This document shows positions 10,094 to 20,409 of a stretch of DNA of 64,000 nucleotides, piece after piece. The stretch is from Treponema sp. (GTDB lineage: Bacteria > Spirochaetota > Spirochaetia > Treponematales > Breznakiellaceae). Position 1 is the stretch's first letter. The number at the start of each line of letters is the position of its first letter. The notes under the pieces are model-generated. The model saw only the letters and a list, made by a program, of their open reading frames with translations, made no database searches and was not told where the DNA came from. The stretch covers positions 4,489 through 68,488 of the forward strand of contig WQYB01000001.1 of the NCBI GenBank assembly GCA_009781475.1. The letters run 5' to 3'. The position numbers were made by a program, and so were the translations under genes.

Positions 10094-11185
10094 ATGAATA
10101 ACAGAGAAATATTTTTATCGGTAATGCGTTTTGAGCAAAATAAAAAAATGCCTATTGTACATTTTGGGTATTGGGATGAAACTGTCGAAAAATGGAAACA
10201 GGAAGGTCATGTAAAAGAAAGAGAAAGCTGGAATGATGTCTCGGTAAAGCAGGGTTTTGATTTTGGATTTGGAGATTGTTTTTCCGGTTATCCATGTTTA
10301 TATCCTCCGTTTGAAACAAAAGTTATTAAGGAACTGCCGGATGGTTCCAGGCATGTTTTAAATTTTCAAGGAGTTATTGAACTTCAAAAACCCGGAGTCG
10401 TATCGATTCCTACAGAGATAGGACATATACTGACAGACAGAAAATCATGGGAGAAAGAATTTCTTCCGCGTTTAAAATTCAATGAAGATAGATATGACTT
10501 TAACTGGTTTAAAAATTATTTATCCGGAGATTATCCTCATGGGTTGTACGCAGGAAGTCTTTACGGAATTATAAGGAACTGGTTTGGCATTGTAGGATTA
10601 AGTTATATTGCTGCAGATGATGAAGAACTTTATGATGAAGTAATTAACACTGTATGCAATTTGGTTTTCGATAATATGAAATTCGTTTTGGAAAAATCGG
10701 TTTCGCTCGGTATTCAGTTCGATTATATTCATTTCTGGGAAGACATTTGTTTTAATACAGGTCCTTTAGTCAATCCAAAAGTATTTGCAGAAAAAGTTGG
10801 ACCATATTACAAAAAAATTACAGAATTGGGAAAGCAATTCGGCATAAACTTTTTTTCACTTGATTGTGACGGCAAGATTGATTCTCTTTTACCTGTTTGG
10901 CTTGATAATGGTTTAAATATAATGTTTCCAATCGAAGTCGGTACATGGGGAGCAAGTATTAAACCCTGGCGCGAACAATACGGTAATGCAGTTCTGGGTG
11001 TCGGCGGTATGGATAAACGAATATTTGCCTGCGGAAAAAAAGAAATAGACATGGAAATAGAACGTTTAAAACCTCTGGTTGCTCTAGGAGGGTACATACC
11101 TTGCCCTGATCACCGTATTCCGCCGGATGCACAGTGGGATACGGTAAAATATTATTGTCAAAAAATGCGGGAAACTTTTTCGTAA
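10094..11185 (+). CDS. UroD/MtaA-CmuA family protein
   Basis: FWEDIC, LDCDG, FPIEV, GGMDKR, CPDHRIPPD. Confidence 0.85.
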   Translation: MNNREIFLSVMRFEQNKKMPIVHFGYWDETVEKWKQEGHVKERESWNDVSVKQGFDFGFGDCFSGYPCLYPPFETKVIKELPDGSRHVLNFQGVIELQKPGVVSIPTEIGHILTDRKSWEKEFLPRLKFNEDRYDFNWFKNYLSGDYPHGLYAGSLYGIIRNWFGIVGLSYIAADDEELYDEVINTVCNLVFDNMKFVLEKSVSLGIQFDYIHFWEDICFNTGPLVNPKVFAEKVGPYYKKITELGKQFGINFFSLDCDGKIDSLLPVWLDNGLNIMFPIEVGTWGASIKPWREQYGNAVLGVGGMDKRIFACGKKEIDMEIERLKPLVALGGYIPCPDHRIPPDAQWDTVKYYCQKMRETFS

Positions 11186-11195
11186 ATTAGTAAGA

Positions 11196-13682
11196 TTAAA
11201 CTCCCAATCTGTTTTTCCGTAAAAGTTCGCCCGTTGTTTGCGCTGTAACAGCTTTGTAACCGGGAAGCGGTAAAATTCTTTCGTGTACGGCGTCAATAAT
11301 CCAGTCAATCTGAGGGAAGTAAAGATGTTCCATTTCCGCGGCAGGTGTAATTAAATTGCGGCTTCCGATTACGGCGACAGGCGCGTCAAGATAATCAAAA
11401 GCGAATGTTTGAACGTTACTTGCAACTGTATGCAGAAACGATCCTCTTTCGCATGCATCGCTTGCAAGTAGAAGTTTTCCTGTTTTTTTAACCGATTCAA
11501 TTATTTTTTCATAATTTAAAGGATTAATAAAACGCAGATCCATTACTTCTACAGAAAGACCATATTGGTTTTCCAGTTTTTTTGCTGCTTTCATTACAGG
11601 GTATAAAGTTGCTCCCAAAGTCGCTATTGTAAGATCATTTCCCTGTTTGCGTATAACGGGTTCGCCTTCCGGTATTTCATAATAATTTTCCGGTACGCCG
11701 TTTTTTTCAAATTGTTCGCTTATATCGTATAATAATTGGCTTTCGTAAAAAATTACAGGGTCTGTACCGCGAAGAGCCAGGTTTAACATTCCTTTTGCAT
11801 CATAAGGAGTAGCAGGGAAATACGATTTAAGCCCTGGTATATGAGCTGTCATGGCAGACCAGTCCTGGCTGTGCTGAGCTCCGTATTTATTACCTACAGA
11901 AACACGAATAACCAATGGCATGGTTAAAAGACCTGCGGACATTGCCTGCCACTTGGAAGCCTGGTTAAAAATTTCATCGCCTGCTCGTCCCATAAAATCG
12001 CAGTACATAAGTTCTACAACGGCTCTGCCTCCTGATAATGCATACCCAACACCAGCTCCAACTATCGCGCCTTCGGAAATTGGACTATTAAACAGGCGGT
12101 TATACGGTAAAAGTTCTGTAAGCCCGCGGTAAACTGCAAAAGCGCCTCCCCAATCGCGGTTTTCTTCACCCCATGCTGCCATAGTCGGGTCAATTGTAAA
12201 ACGGTGAAGCATTGCTTCAAATAACGCATCACGGTACTGGAAAGTTTTATTTTTGGAAACAGGTTTTCCTTCTGCGTCAAATCCGTAGCGGATTTTTCCG
12301 GCAAGAGCTTTTACCCGTGGATTTTCCTCTACAGGCTGTAACAATTCCGGCTTGCGATCATCGAATTTTTCTGCAATTTTATTTGAATACATTACAGATT
12401 CGATAAAAGCTCCTGTCAACCGAGGTGAAATATCATCGTTAACCGCAAGTTTTACAACTTCTAAAAGTTTGGCTTGAATACTTTCGCGTAACGAATCAAG
12501 TTCTGTTTTAGATGTAATTTTATTTTCTATTAAGTATTTGCCGTATTCTTCGATTGAATCTTCTTCCTGCCAAAGTTTAACTTCTTCAAGTGTTCTGTAA
12601 CTTGAAGCATCAGAAGGAGAGTGACCTGAAATGCGATATGTAAGCGTATCAAGAAGGACAGGACCTTTACCTTCGAGCAAAATTGCTTTTTTGCGGCTTA
12701 TCGCATCCGCTACAGCGAGGGGATTGTAACCGTCTACACGTTCTGTGTGCATGTTTTCAGGGTTTACTCCGGCTCCTACACGAGCCATGATGCCGTACCC
12801 CATTGTTTCACCTGATGTCTGACCGCCCATGCCGTAAAAATTATTAAAAAAGTTAAAAAGAATCGGAGGAGCTCCGCCCATATCCTTGTCCCAAAGATTT
12901 CTGTATTGATCCATTGCAGATAACATCATCGCTTCCCACACAGGACCGCATCCCATTGATGCATCTCCGATATTTGCGATAACAATGCCGCTCTTTTTAT
13001 TAATTCGTTTGTAAAGCGCAGAACCTGCCGCAATATCGGCAGAACCGCCGACAATAGCATTATTAGGCATCGAGCCGAACGGCGGGAAAAATGCATGCAT
13101 GGAGCCGCCAAGCCCGCGGTTAAAACCTGCCTTGCGCGCGAAAATTTCAGCTAACGTGCCGTATAAAATAAAGTTTTCACCCAAGTCTCGTATATTTTTA
13201 TATTTAATTTTTTCTGCGATACTTAATGTTTCACCGTCTAAAAAGGTTTTCATTATTTCTTCAAGTTTTTTTTCACCTTCTTTATTTTGCGAGCCATTTT
13301 TATTGGTCAATTGCCAAAGGGCTGAAAAACATTTTGCGATAATTTCGCCGTGGCTTCGATGACTGCCGAAAATAAAATCATCGATTGTAAGATTTAGACA
13401 TTGCCCGACCGCGGATGCTTCCTGTCCCATTGAAAGATGTGCAGGACCTTTATGATTGTATTCAATGCCGTTCCATACACCTTGTGTTTTATAGGAGTTA
13501 AGCATTGATTCAAATTCACGAATCACAGCCATGTCATACCAGATTTGTACAAGTCTTTCTTTCCCGTACAGTTCCAGTTCTTTTTTAAAATCAGATTTAT
13601 ATTGATTAATTGGTATATCATTAATTTTAAGAATTTGCGGCTTACGCACTTCTTTTGGATCTACAATAATTGATTTTGGCAT
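11196..13682 (-). CDS. TPP-dependent dehydrogenase E1, fused alpha+beta subunits (substrate unknown)
   Basis: [23 protein letters not shown] motif [20 protein letters not shown]; beta part [16 protein letters not shown]. Confidence 0.9.
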   Translation of the reverse strand: MPKSIIVDPKEVRKPQILKINDIPINQYKSDFKKELELYGKERLVQIWYDMAVIREFESMLNSYKTQGVWNGIEYNHKGPAHLSMGQEASAVGQCLNLTIDDFIFGSHRSHGEIIAKCFSALWQLTNKNGSQNKEGEKKLEEIMKTFLDGETLSIAEKIKYKNIRDLGENFILYGTLAEIFARKAGFNRGLGGSMHAFFPPFGSMPNNAIVGGSADIAAGSALYKRINKKSGIVIANIGDASMGCGPVWEAMMLSAMDQYRNLWDKDMGGAPPILFNFFNNFYGMGGQTSGETMGYGIMARVGAGVNPENMHTERVDGYNPLAVADAISRKKAILLEGKGPVLLDTLTYRISGHSPSDASSYRTLEEVKLWQEEDSIEEYGKYLIENKITSKTELDSLRESIQAKLLEVVKLAVNDDISPRLTGAFIESVMYSNKIAEKFDDRKPELLQPVEENPRVKALAGKIRYGFDAEGKPVSKNKTFQYRDALFEAMLHRFTIDPTMAAWGEENRDWGGAFAVYRGLTELLPYNRLFNSPISEGAIVGAGVGYALSGGRAVVELMYCDFMGRAGDEIFNQASKWQAMSAGLLTMPLVIRVSVGNKYGAQHSQDWSAMTAHIPGLKSYFPATPYDAKGMLNLALRGTDPVIFYESQLLYDISEQFEKNGVPENYYEIPEGEPVIRKQGNDLTIATLGATLYPVMKAAKKLENQYGLSVEVMDLRFINPLNYEKIIESVKKTGKLLLASDACERGSFLHTVASNVQTFAFDYLDAPVAVIGSRNLITPAAEMEHLYFPQIDWIIDAVHERILPLPGYKAVTAQTTGELLRKNRLGV

Positions 13683-13690
13683 GATCTCTC

Positions 13691-15109
13691 CTACAATTCC
13701 CACATCACATCACGGATAAGTTCGCTCACGGTCGGATGCGGGAAAATTAATTGTTTAACATCTTCTATTCTAAACTCCTGTTCTATTAATGCGGCAGCGC
13801 CCCAGATAAACTCAGGAGCATAAGCCCCTACAGCATGAATACCAAGTATTCTTCGGTTTGTCGCATCGGTTATAACTTTTACAGTACCGGGGGAAGTAAA
13901 AGAGTTTTCTGCTACAAACCGTCCTGACATTTTCATTGGAAGACTTGCTTTTAAAATCGAGATTCCTTTTTCATTTGCTTCCTGCTCGGTTAAACCAACA
14001 CCAGCAGCTTCTGTAATTCCGTAGACAGCCCAGGGAATAGCATTGTAACGCATTCGATTCTGCGAATTATTCGTATTGCCGTTTAGGTACGAAACAATGT
14101 CGGCTGCAGCGACTTCACCCATTCGGTATGCGCAGTGGGCTAAAAGACTTTTTCCTGTTACATCACCTGCCGCCCAGATGCCGGGAATATTGGTTCGCAT
14201 AAAATCGTCAACTGACACCTTGCCTTTATTAATGTCGATACCGGCAGCCTGCGCCCCCCAGCCTTCGATTACAGGTTTTCTGCCTACTGCAAGTAAGATA
14301 AGATCGCTTTCTATTTTTTCCTGTTTCCCGTCTTTTGTTGTGTAATGTGTCGAAGATCCTTCAAGTTTTTCTACTTTACAGCCAAGTTTAAAATTTACAT
14401 CATTTAATGCTCGGCGCAAGACGGGAGCTAACTCTTTGTCCATAAATGGAATTATTTCATCCATCATTTCGATTACAGTTACCTGTGTACCAAGTGCGGA
14501 AAAAAGAGCTGCAAATTCTATACCAATAACGCCGCCGCCAATTATTGTAAGTTTTTTTGGAACGGTTTTTATTTCTAAAAGAGTACTAGAGTCAACTACA
14601 AGCGGATTATCTTTTAAACCTGGTATTGGAGGTTCTGCAGAAACAGAACCAGCACAGACAAGAATCGTTTTTGCTTCGTATGTAGTTTCTTTTTCATTGG
14701 TTGTTACTTTTACTTTTGCATTTTTTTCGCCGGAAGGAGCGGATAATATTTCCGCCTTACCATCGAGTACATCGACTCCGGAATGTTTCATTTGGCTTTT
14801 TATTCCGCTTCGCAGTTTGGAAACAACTTCGTTTTTCCAGTTTTGTATCGCAGCCCAGTCAAAAGTAACATTTTCGGCTGTTACCCCAAACTTTTGCATT
14901 TCTTTAGCGTGAACATAATGTTTTGCCGAGTTAAGTAAAGTTTTTGTCGGAATACAGCCTGCATTGAGGCAAGTACCGCCTAAGTTTTGTTTTTCTATTA
15001 ATAAAACTTTTCCAGACAGGTTTTTATCAGATATTAAACGTAGTGCCGCAAGATAACCAGCAGGACCGCCGCCTATTATAATTGTATCGTATATTATAGT
15101 ATCTTGCAT
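13691..15109 (-). CDS. lpdA: Dihydrolipoyl dehydrogenase (E3)
   Basis: [34 protein letters not shown]. Confidence 0.95.
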   Translation of the reverse strand: MQDTIIYDTIIIGGGPAGYLAALRLISDKNLSGKVLLIEKQNLGGTCLNAGCIPTKTLLNSAKHYVHAKEMQKFGVTAENVTFDWAAIQNWKNEVVSKLRSGIKSQMKHSGVDVLDGKAEILSAPSGEKNAKVKVTTNEKETTYEAKTILVCAGSVSAEPPIPGLKDNPLVVDSSTLLEIKTVPKKLTIIGGGVIGIEFAALFSALGTQVTVIEMMDEIIPFMDKELAPVLRRALNDVNFKLGCKVEKLEGSSTHYTTKDGKQEKIESDLILLAVGRKPVIEGWGAQAAGIDINKGKVSVDDFMRTNIPGIWAAGDVTGKSLLAHCAYRMGEVAAADIVSYLNGNTNNSQNRMRYNAIPWAVYGITEAAGVGLTEQEANEKGISILKASLPMKMSGRFVAENSFTSPGTVKVITDATNRRILGIHAVGAYAPEFIWGAAALIEQEFRIEDVKQLIFPHPTVSELIRDVMWEL

Positions 15110-15118
15110 ATTTTTTCC

Positions 15119-16486
15119 TTATCCTTCAACAATTAATTGATCTATATTTGTAACGGCATCGCAAAGCGCTTTTAAAAAACGAGCAGCCGGAGCGCCGTCT
15201 ACTACCTGATGATTAATCGTTAAACTAAATCCAATGTGAGGTTCAAAATTACAGCAATTATTATTTAATTCGGATGTAACTGGTTTCATTTCTATTCCGC
15301 ATACACCTAGAATGGCTATTTCCGGTATGTTAAGCACAGGTGTAAAGTTTGTAATGCCAAGACTTCCAAGATTGGTAACAGTAAATGTAGAGCCTGAAAG
15401 TTCATCTGGTTTTATCGAGTTATTTTGGCAAGAAGAAGCAAGACGCTTAGATTCTGTAGAAATTTCGGTTAATGTTAAAAGATTGATATTGCGTATAACA
15501 GGAACCATAAGTCCTTTTGACGTATCTACTGCGCTTCCAAGATGTATTTTATTAAATGTTTTTATAATGTCACCTGTTTTGTGAGCGTTCATATATAAAA
15601 AATTTGGAAGGGTACGAGATACTGCAAAAAGAATTAAATCGTTTACAGTTATTTTACTTTCTGATGCTTTCATTTTTGCGCGAATATCCTGCAATTTGGA
15701 AACATTAGCGGAAGCGTTAAGCGTAAACTGCGCTGTTTCTGCCAATGATTTTATCATACGATCAGAAATAACCTTGCGAACTCCTTTAATTGGAGTTTCT
15801 GTATAATCATCAGACGAGAACAATTGTGTATTTGGTGTTTCCGTAATATCTTGCAAGGTAATTTTTCCGTTTAAACCTGTTCCTTGCTGCGGGAAATTTC
15901 CTGCTCCCGCAGTTTTTGCCGCAGCTGTTAGTGCAGGTCTATTTTCAAGGGAGTTTTTCACATCACGTTCGATAATGCGCCCCTCGGGACCAGAGCCAGC
16001 AAGTGTATCGATGGATAGAGCTTCTTTAACAGCGAGGTTTTTCGCTCTTGGAGAAATGCCTTTATTAGAATTTATATCACACGGAGGCACGGAGGCACGG
16101 AGTAAAGAAAAATCCTCTATATTTCTCCGTGTCCTTTGTGTCTCTGTGTCTCCGTGTGATTTTTCTTGTAAAGAATTCTGCGTCTCTGCGCCTTTGCGAG
16201 AAGTATAATCTAGTGAATTTTCTACAAGTAATTCCTGCCAGTTTTCGCCGGGAGAGCCAATTACCGCAATTGGAGAAAGGACAGGTACATCGTCTCCTTC
16301 GTCATGTAAAATCTTTAAAATTGTCCCTTCAGCTCCGGCTGGAATTTCAAATGTAGCTTTGTCAGTTTCTACTTCACATACTATTGTCTCACTTGTTACC
16401 TGCTCGCCTTCTTTTACTTTCCAGTTTACAATAATACATGATTCTACCGTATTTCCCTGTCGAGGCATTATTAAAATAGACGCCAT
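15119..16486 (-). CDS. Dihydrolipoamide acyltransferase (E2); linker contains palindromic repeat DNA
   Basis: Lipoyl site ETDKA, PSBD ISPRAK..GSGPEGRI, catalytic-region NHQVVDGA. Confidence 0.93.
   Translation of the reverse strand: MASILIMPRQGNTVESCIIVNWKVKEGEQVTSETIVCEVETDKATFEIPAGAEGTILKILHDEGDDVPVLSPIAVIGSPGENWQELLVENSLDYTSRKGAETQNSLQEKSHGDTETQRTRRNIEDFSLLRASVPPCDINSNKGISPRAKNLAVKEALSIDTLAGSGPEGRIIERDVKNSLENRPALTAAAKTAGAGNFPQQGTGLNGKITLQDITETPNTQLFSSDDYTETPIKGVRKVISDRMIKSLAETAQFTLNASANVSKLQDIRAKMKASESKITVNDLILFAVSRTLPNFLYMNAHKTGDIIKTFNKIHLGSAVDTSKGLMVPVIRNINLLTLTEISTESKRLASSCQNNSIKPDELSGSTFTVTNLGSLGITNFTPVLNIPEIAILGVCGIEMKPVTSELNNNCCNFEPHIGFSLTINHQVVDGAPAARFLKALCDAVTNIDQLIVEG
16076..16201. 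repeat. Palindromic repeat element plus extra half-element, in frame inside E2
   Basis: ATCACACGGAGGCACGGAGGCACGGAG...CTCCGTGTCCTTTGTGTCTCTGTGTCTCCGTGTGAT (16076-16160), then CTGCGTCTCTGCGCCTTTGCGAGA (16178-16201). Confidence 0.85.
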
Positions 16487-16544
16487 GAATCTCCTCTTAT
16501 AGAATATATTATAATATTTCTCGATATAATGTAATATAATATCA

Positions 16545-17885
16545 ATGATGGATTACTTAAGTGTGATAAATAACCCAAACAAAAACGCTGAAGAACGCCT
16601 GGAATCCCTTCGTAATTGGCAAAAAACCAACAACAATAACAATTTAACAAGAGAAAAAAGCGAAGTAAATAACCATATTCACACAATCTATAGTTTTAGT
16701 CCCTATACACCCGCGATGGCAGCTTTTCAGGCTTTTAATTGCGGACTTAGCGCGGCAGGATCTGTCGACCACGATTCAATTGCCGCCGCACGAGAATTGC
16801 TTGAGGCTTGCGCGATTTTGGGAATTGGCGGCTGTGTTGGCTTTGAAGTGCGGGTAAGTTTCAATAATTTTACAGATAAAAAAATTAACAACCCCGATTC
16901 GCAAGGATTGGTTTATATGACGGTTCAGGGAATTCCAAAACCTTCTATTGATAAGGCAGCGGACTTTTTAAAACCAATAAGAGAGCAAAGGTTAAATCGC
17001 ACAAAATTAATGACAGTTTCAGCTAACGTTATATTAAAGGAAGCTGGTTTTAATGAAATTGATTTTGAAAATGATATTATAAATCAGTCTAAGTATAAAG
17101 AAGGCGGCGGGATAACAGAAAGACATTTATTAGCTGCGGCTGCAAGAAAAATAATTGATAAATTCGGGAAGGGTAAGCAGTTAATCGAAGGAATAAAAAA
17201 TAAAATGGGTATAACGATACAACCCAGGTTAGTAGTTTTACTTTCTGATCCTGAAAATCCTCATTATTTATTTGATCTTTTGGGAGTTTTAAAAACAGAA
17301 TTTTTACCAGGTATTTTTATCCAACCTGATAATAATGAATGTATACCTGCGGTTGACGTAACATCTTTCGCAGATTCTATTGGTGCGATTCCTGCGTACG
17401 CTTATTTGGGAGATGTTGGTGAATCTCCTACAGGCGATAAAAAAGCAGAAAAATTTGAAGATGATTTTATTGAAGAACTTTTTACAGAATTATCCCGTTT
17501 AAATTATAAGGCAGTTACCTATATGCCGCCTCGTAATACTATAAAACAGTTGCAAAATGTGCAAAAGTTGTGCCGTGATTATAGTTTTATGGAAATATCC
17601 GGTGTTGATATAATTAATTCACGACAGTCATTTAATTGTAAGGAAGTTATGAAAGATGAGTTTCGCCATTTATTGGATACAACATGGGCGTTAATCGCAC
17701 ATGAACGTCTTGCAGGAATCGATAAACGTTTTGGACTTTTTTCTAAGGGTAATCCGCTTGAATCACTGGAACTAAATAAAAGGTTAAACGCTTACGCCGT
17801 ATTTGGTAAAAAATTAAACTTATATTCTCCTGATGAATCCGCTTATGAAATCGCGCAGGAGATACAAAAAGGAAGGTTAATATGA
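16545..17885 (+). CDS. PHP-domain metallo-hydrolase-like protein
   Basis: NNHIHTIYSFS and VDHDS PHP motifs. Confidence 0.75.
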   Translation: MMDYLSVINNPNKNAEERLESLRNWQKTNNNNNLTREKSEVNNHIHTIYSFSPYTPAMAAFQAFNCGLSAAGSVDHDSIAAARELLEACAILGIGGCVGFEVRVSFNNFTDKKINNPDSQGLVYMTVQGIPKPSIDKAADFLKPIREQRLNRTKLMTVSANVILKEAGFNEIDFENDIINQSKYKEGGGITERHLLAAAARKIIDKFGKGKQLIEGIKNKMGITIQPRLVVLLSDPENPHYLFDLLGVLKTEFLPGIFIQPDNNECIPAVDVTSFADSIGAIPAYAYLGDVGESPTGDKKAEKFEDDFIEELFTELSRLNYKAVTYMPPRNTIKQLQNVQKLCRDYSFMEISGVDIINSRQSFNCKEVMKDEFRHLLDTTWALIAHERLAGIDKRFGLFSKGNPLESLELNKRLNAYAVFGKKLNLYSPDESAYEIAQEIQKGRLI

Positions 17886-19087
17886 AAAATGAAATAATTG
17901 CTGTTCTTTTAAGAGGATTATGCATTGATATAACAAATAAACCTGTAACAGTTGCTTCTAAAAATATTTCTGATGATGTTCCATCTGATGCGCTGAAAAT
18001 CGAAATTGCTACAATAGAAATAAATTCGCAAGAAATAAATTCGATAGAAATAAAATCTCAAGAAAATGAAGAAAATGCCGCAAAAATCATTCGAAGTGCG
18101 TTTGAAAATTGGAAAAAAGAAACACTTCCTTCGTGTGTTATATTAACAACTAACGGAAAACCGCAAGGAATGTTTCAAATAGAAAATCATATCATAAACA
18201 ATGACTCATGTAAAAATAAAATCATTATCGATAAAAATATTGTGGATATTAAAGAACGTGCCGAAGTTGTTAAAAATAAAATAGCTGTTGTAACTGGCGG
18301 AGCGCAGGGAATAGGTGAAGAAATTGTCCGCAATCTTGCTGCCTCAGGGGCAATTGTTTATATTGCTGACTTAAATATTGATGGAGCAAAAAAACTAAGC
18401 GAAAAAATTAACTTGGAAGAAAACCGCAGTTGCACTATACCTGTACAGGTAAATGTTTCCAGCGAAGAATCTGTAGAAAATATGTTTGATTTTATCGCGC
18501 AAACTACAGGCGGATTTGATATTTGTATAAGTAACGCAGGAGTACTAAAAGCGGGAAGTGTTTTGGAGCAGGATTTGTCAGATTTTAAATTTGTCACAGA
18601 TATTAATTACACAGGATTTTTTATAATAAGCAAATTTGCGGCAAGAGTTTTACGTACACAAAATTTAACTGCTCCAAGATGGAAAACAGATATAATTCAA
18701 ATTAATTCAAAATCGGGTTTGGAAGGTTCCAACAAAAACGGCGCTTATTCCGGCGGAAAGTTCGGCGGCTTGGGGCTTGTATCAAGTTTTGCGATGGAAC
18801 TAATCGAGTACGGCATAAAAGTAAATGCAGTCTGCCCGGGAAATTTTTTAGACGGTCCATTGTGGTCAGACCCGGAAAAAGGACTTTTTGTACAGTACTT
18901 AAAAACAGGCAAAGTACCGGGGGCAAAAAGTATAAAAGATGTCAGAACATTTTATGAATCAAAAGTTCCAATGAAGCGGGGCTGCACTGGTAAAGATCTA
19001 ACACGGGCAATTTTTTACATAGTAGAACAGGAATACGAAACAGGGCAGGCAGTCCCCGTCACTGGCGGACAAGTAATGCTGCACTGA
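17882..19087 (+). CDS. SDR oxidoreductase, sorbitol-6-phosphate 2-dehydrogenase (SrlD/SorD)-like, with ~130-aa N-terminal extension
   Basis: TGGAQGIG, INSKSGLEGSNKNGAYSGGKFGG, CPGNFLDGPLW, TGQAVPVTGGQVM. Confidence 0.85.
   Translation: MKNEIIAVLLRGLCIDITNKPVTVASKNISDDVPSDALKIEIATIEINSQEINSIEIKSQENEENAAKIIRSAFENWKKETLPSCVILTTNGKPQGMFQIENHIINNDSCKNKIIIDKNIVDIKERAEVVKNKIAVVTGGAQGIGEEIVRNLAASGAIVYIADLNIDGAKKLSEKINLEENRSCTIPVQVNVSSEESVENMFDFIAQTTGGFDICISNAGVLKAGSVLEQDLSDFKFVTDINYTGFFIISKFAARVLRTQNLTAPRWKTDIIQINSKSGLEGSNKNGAYSGGKFGGLGLVSSFAMELIEYGIKVNAVCPGNFLDGPLWSDPEKGLFVQYLKTGKVPGAKSIKDVRTFYESKVPMKRGCTGKDLTRAIFYIVEQEYETGQAVPVTGGQVMLH
18014..18067 (+). repeat. 15-bp tandem repeat (~3.5 copies) in SDR N-terminal extension
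   Basis: ATAGAAATAAATTCG CAAGAAATAAATTCG ATAGAAATAAAATCT CAAGAAAAT, encoding IEINS-QEINS-IEIKS-QEN. Confidence 0.75.
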
Positions 19088-19092
19088 AAATA

Positions 19093-20370
19093 TTAAATAT
19101 CTTCTGCATTTTCCAAAAGATACTGTTCCGCTTCTGTGTTCCAAAGTCCATTGTACTTGCCGCAGATTTGCGCGAGTGCCGCAAAAAACGGATCTGTTTT
19201 TCCTTTTTCAGTAAAATCATCGATGGCAGTCATTTCCATTTTTTTATGAGTATAAATAAGTCTTTTACCGCCGGGTATTTTATCGAGTTCGATAGTTGTT
19301 TTTGCGGCAGAATCAAGTCCGCCGATGTGAGTGATCATAAAAGCGGGGTTTAATTTACCGTTTTCCATCATGGTTAGGGACTCAATCATGTCGTCTGTAT
19401 TGCCGCCGGATGTTCCCACAATATGGTGCGATTCATAATGTACATTGTAAAAATTTAATTCGGCGGTAAATGCAGGGTTAGTAGGTCCTGCGAAAAAGTT
19501 AAGGCAGCCGTCACGCCCTAAAAGTTTATCTCCAAGTTCCAATACAGGTTTAACAGGGGCAAAAACAAAAACATCATCGTAGAGTTTTCCGTTATTGAGG
19601 TTACAAAGATGCTGGACAGGATCGTTTATATCTTTTGTGTTAACATAAATTAGTTTAACGCCGTTTTTTTCTGCTTCTTCGACAGTTAAAAGCTGCGCCG
19701 CGCGTTTTAGGCGGCTGTCGTCTATATCGGTTACAATAAGAAGCTTTGGTTTTAAAGGATTGTGAATGGCATAATCAATTGCGCCAAGACCCATGGGACC
19801 TGCACCTGCAAGCAGTGCCATCGAGCCGCCTTCGATAATTCCCATTGAATGAACATACGAGCCCGGTTTTGTATGGTATTGCGCATGAAAAGCACCAACA
19901 ATGCAGGAAACAGGTTCGGCAAGAGAACCCAAAAAATAATTTTCGCCGCTGTAGTCTAACAGGCAGTTCATTTCCATTACTTCGTTTGGAATTATTACAT
20001 AAGTTGCGTTTCCGCCGATAAAATCGTAAGAATAACCGGGAGCCCAAAGAGTGGGTTCGCCGTTTGAATCGGGGTAATTTAAAGCCGGCTGAATTGCAAA
20101 CTTTTTTCCGGTTTTAAACTGCTTTGACCATTTCGAACCAACTTGTTCGATTGTTCCGCAAAACTCGTGCCCAACAATCGGCTGTGTTTTTGTAAGATCG
20201 TGGCGCACGCGTTTATGTTTATCTCCCTGCGAAGCCAGTTTATGACTGGACATGCAAATAGAATCTGAAATAATTTTTACAAGTATTTCGTCATCTTTTA
20301 TTTGCGGCAGTTCAAATTCATCCAATCTAAGATCGTTAACGCCATATAAACGGACAGCCTTTGTTTTCAT
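19093..20370 (-). CDS. Zn-binding dehydrogenase, L-sorbose-1-phosphate reductase (SorE)-like
   Basis: MKTKAVRLYG..DLRL, DSICMS, VGHEFCG, GAGPMG, GTSGGNTDDM, THIGGL. Confidence 0.85.
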   Translation of the reverse strand: MKTKAVRLYGVNDLRLDEFELPQIKDDEILVKIISDSICMSSHKLASQGDKHKRVRHDLTKTQPIVGHEFCGTIEQVGSKWSKQFKTGKKFAIQPALNYPDSNGEPTLWAPGYSYDFIGGNATYVIIPNEVMEMNCLLDYSGENYFLGSLAEPVSCIVGAFHAQYHTKPGSYVHSMGIIEGGSMALLAGAGPMGLGAIDYAIHNPLKPKLLIVTDIDDSRLKRAAQLLTVEEAEKNGVKLIYVNTKDINDPVQHLCNLNNGKLYDDVFVFAPVKPVLELGDKLLGRDGCLNFFAGPTNPAFTAELNFYNVHYESHHIVGTSGGNTDDMIESLTMMENGKLNPAFMITHIGGLDSAAKTTIELDKIPGGKRLIYTHKKMEMTAIDDFTEKGKTDPFFAALAQICGKYNGLWNTEAEQYLLENAEDI

Positions 20371-20409
20371 ATGTTATTTTCCTTGGAATTAAGTATAATA
20401 TACAAAAGT

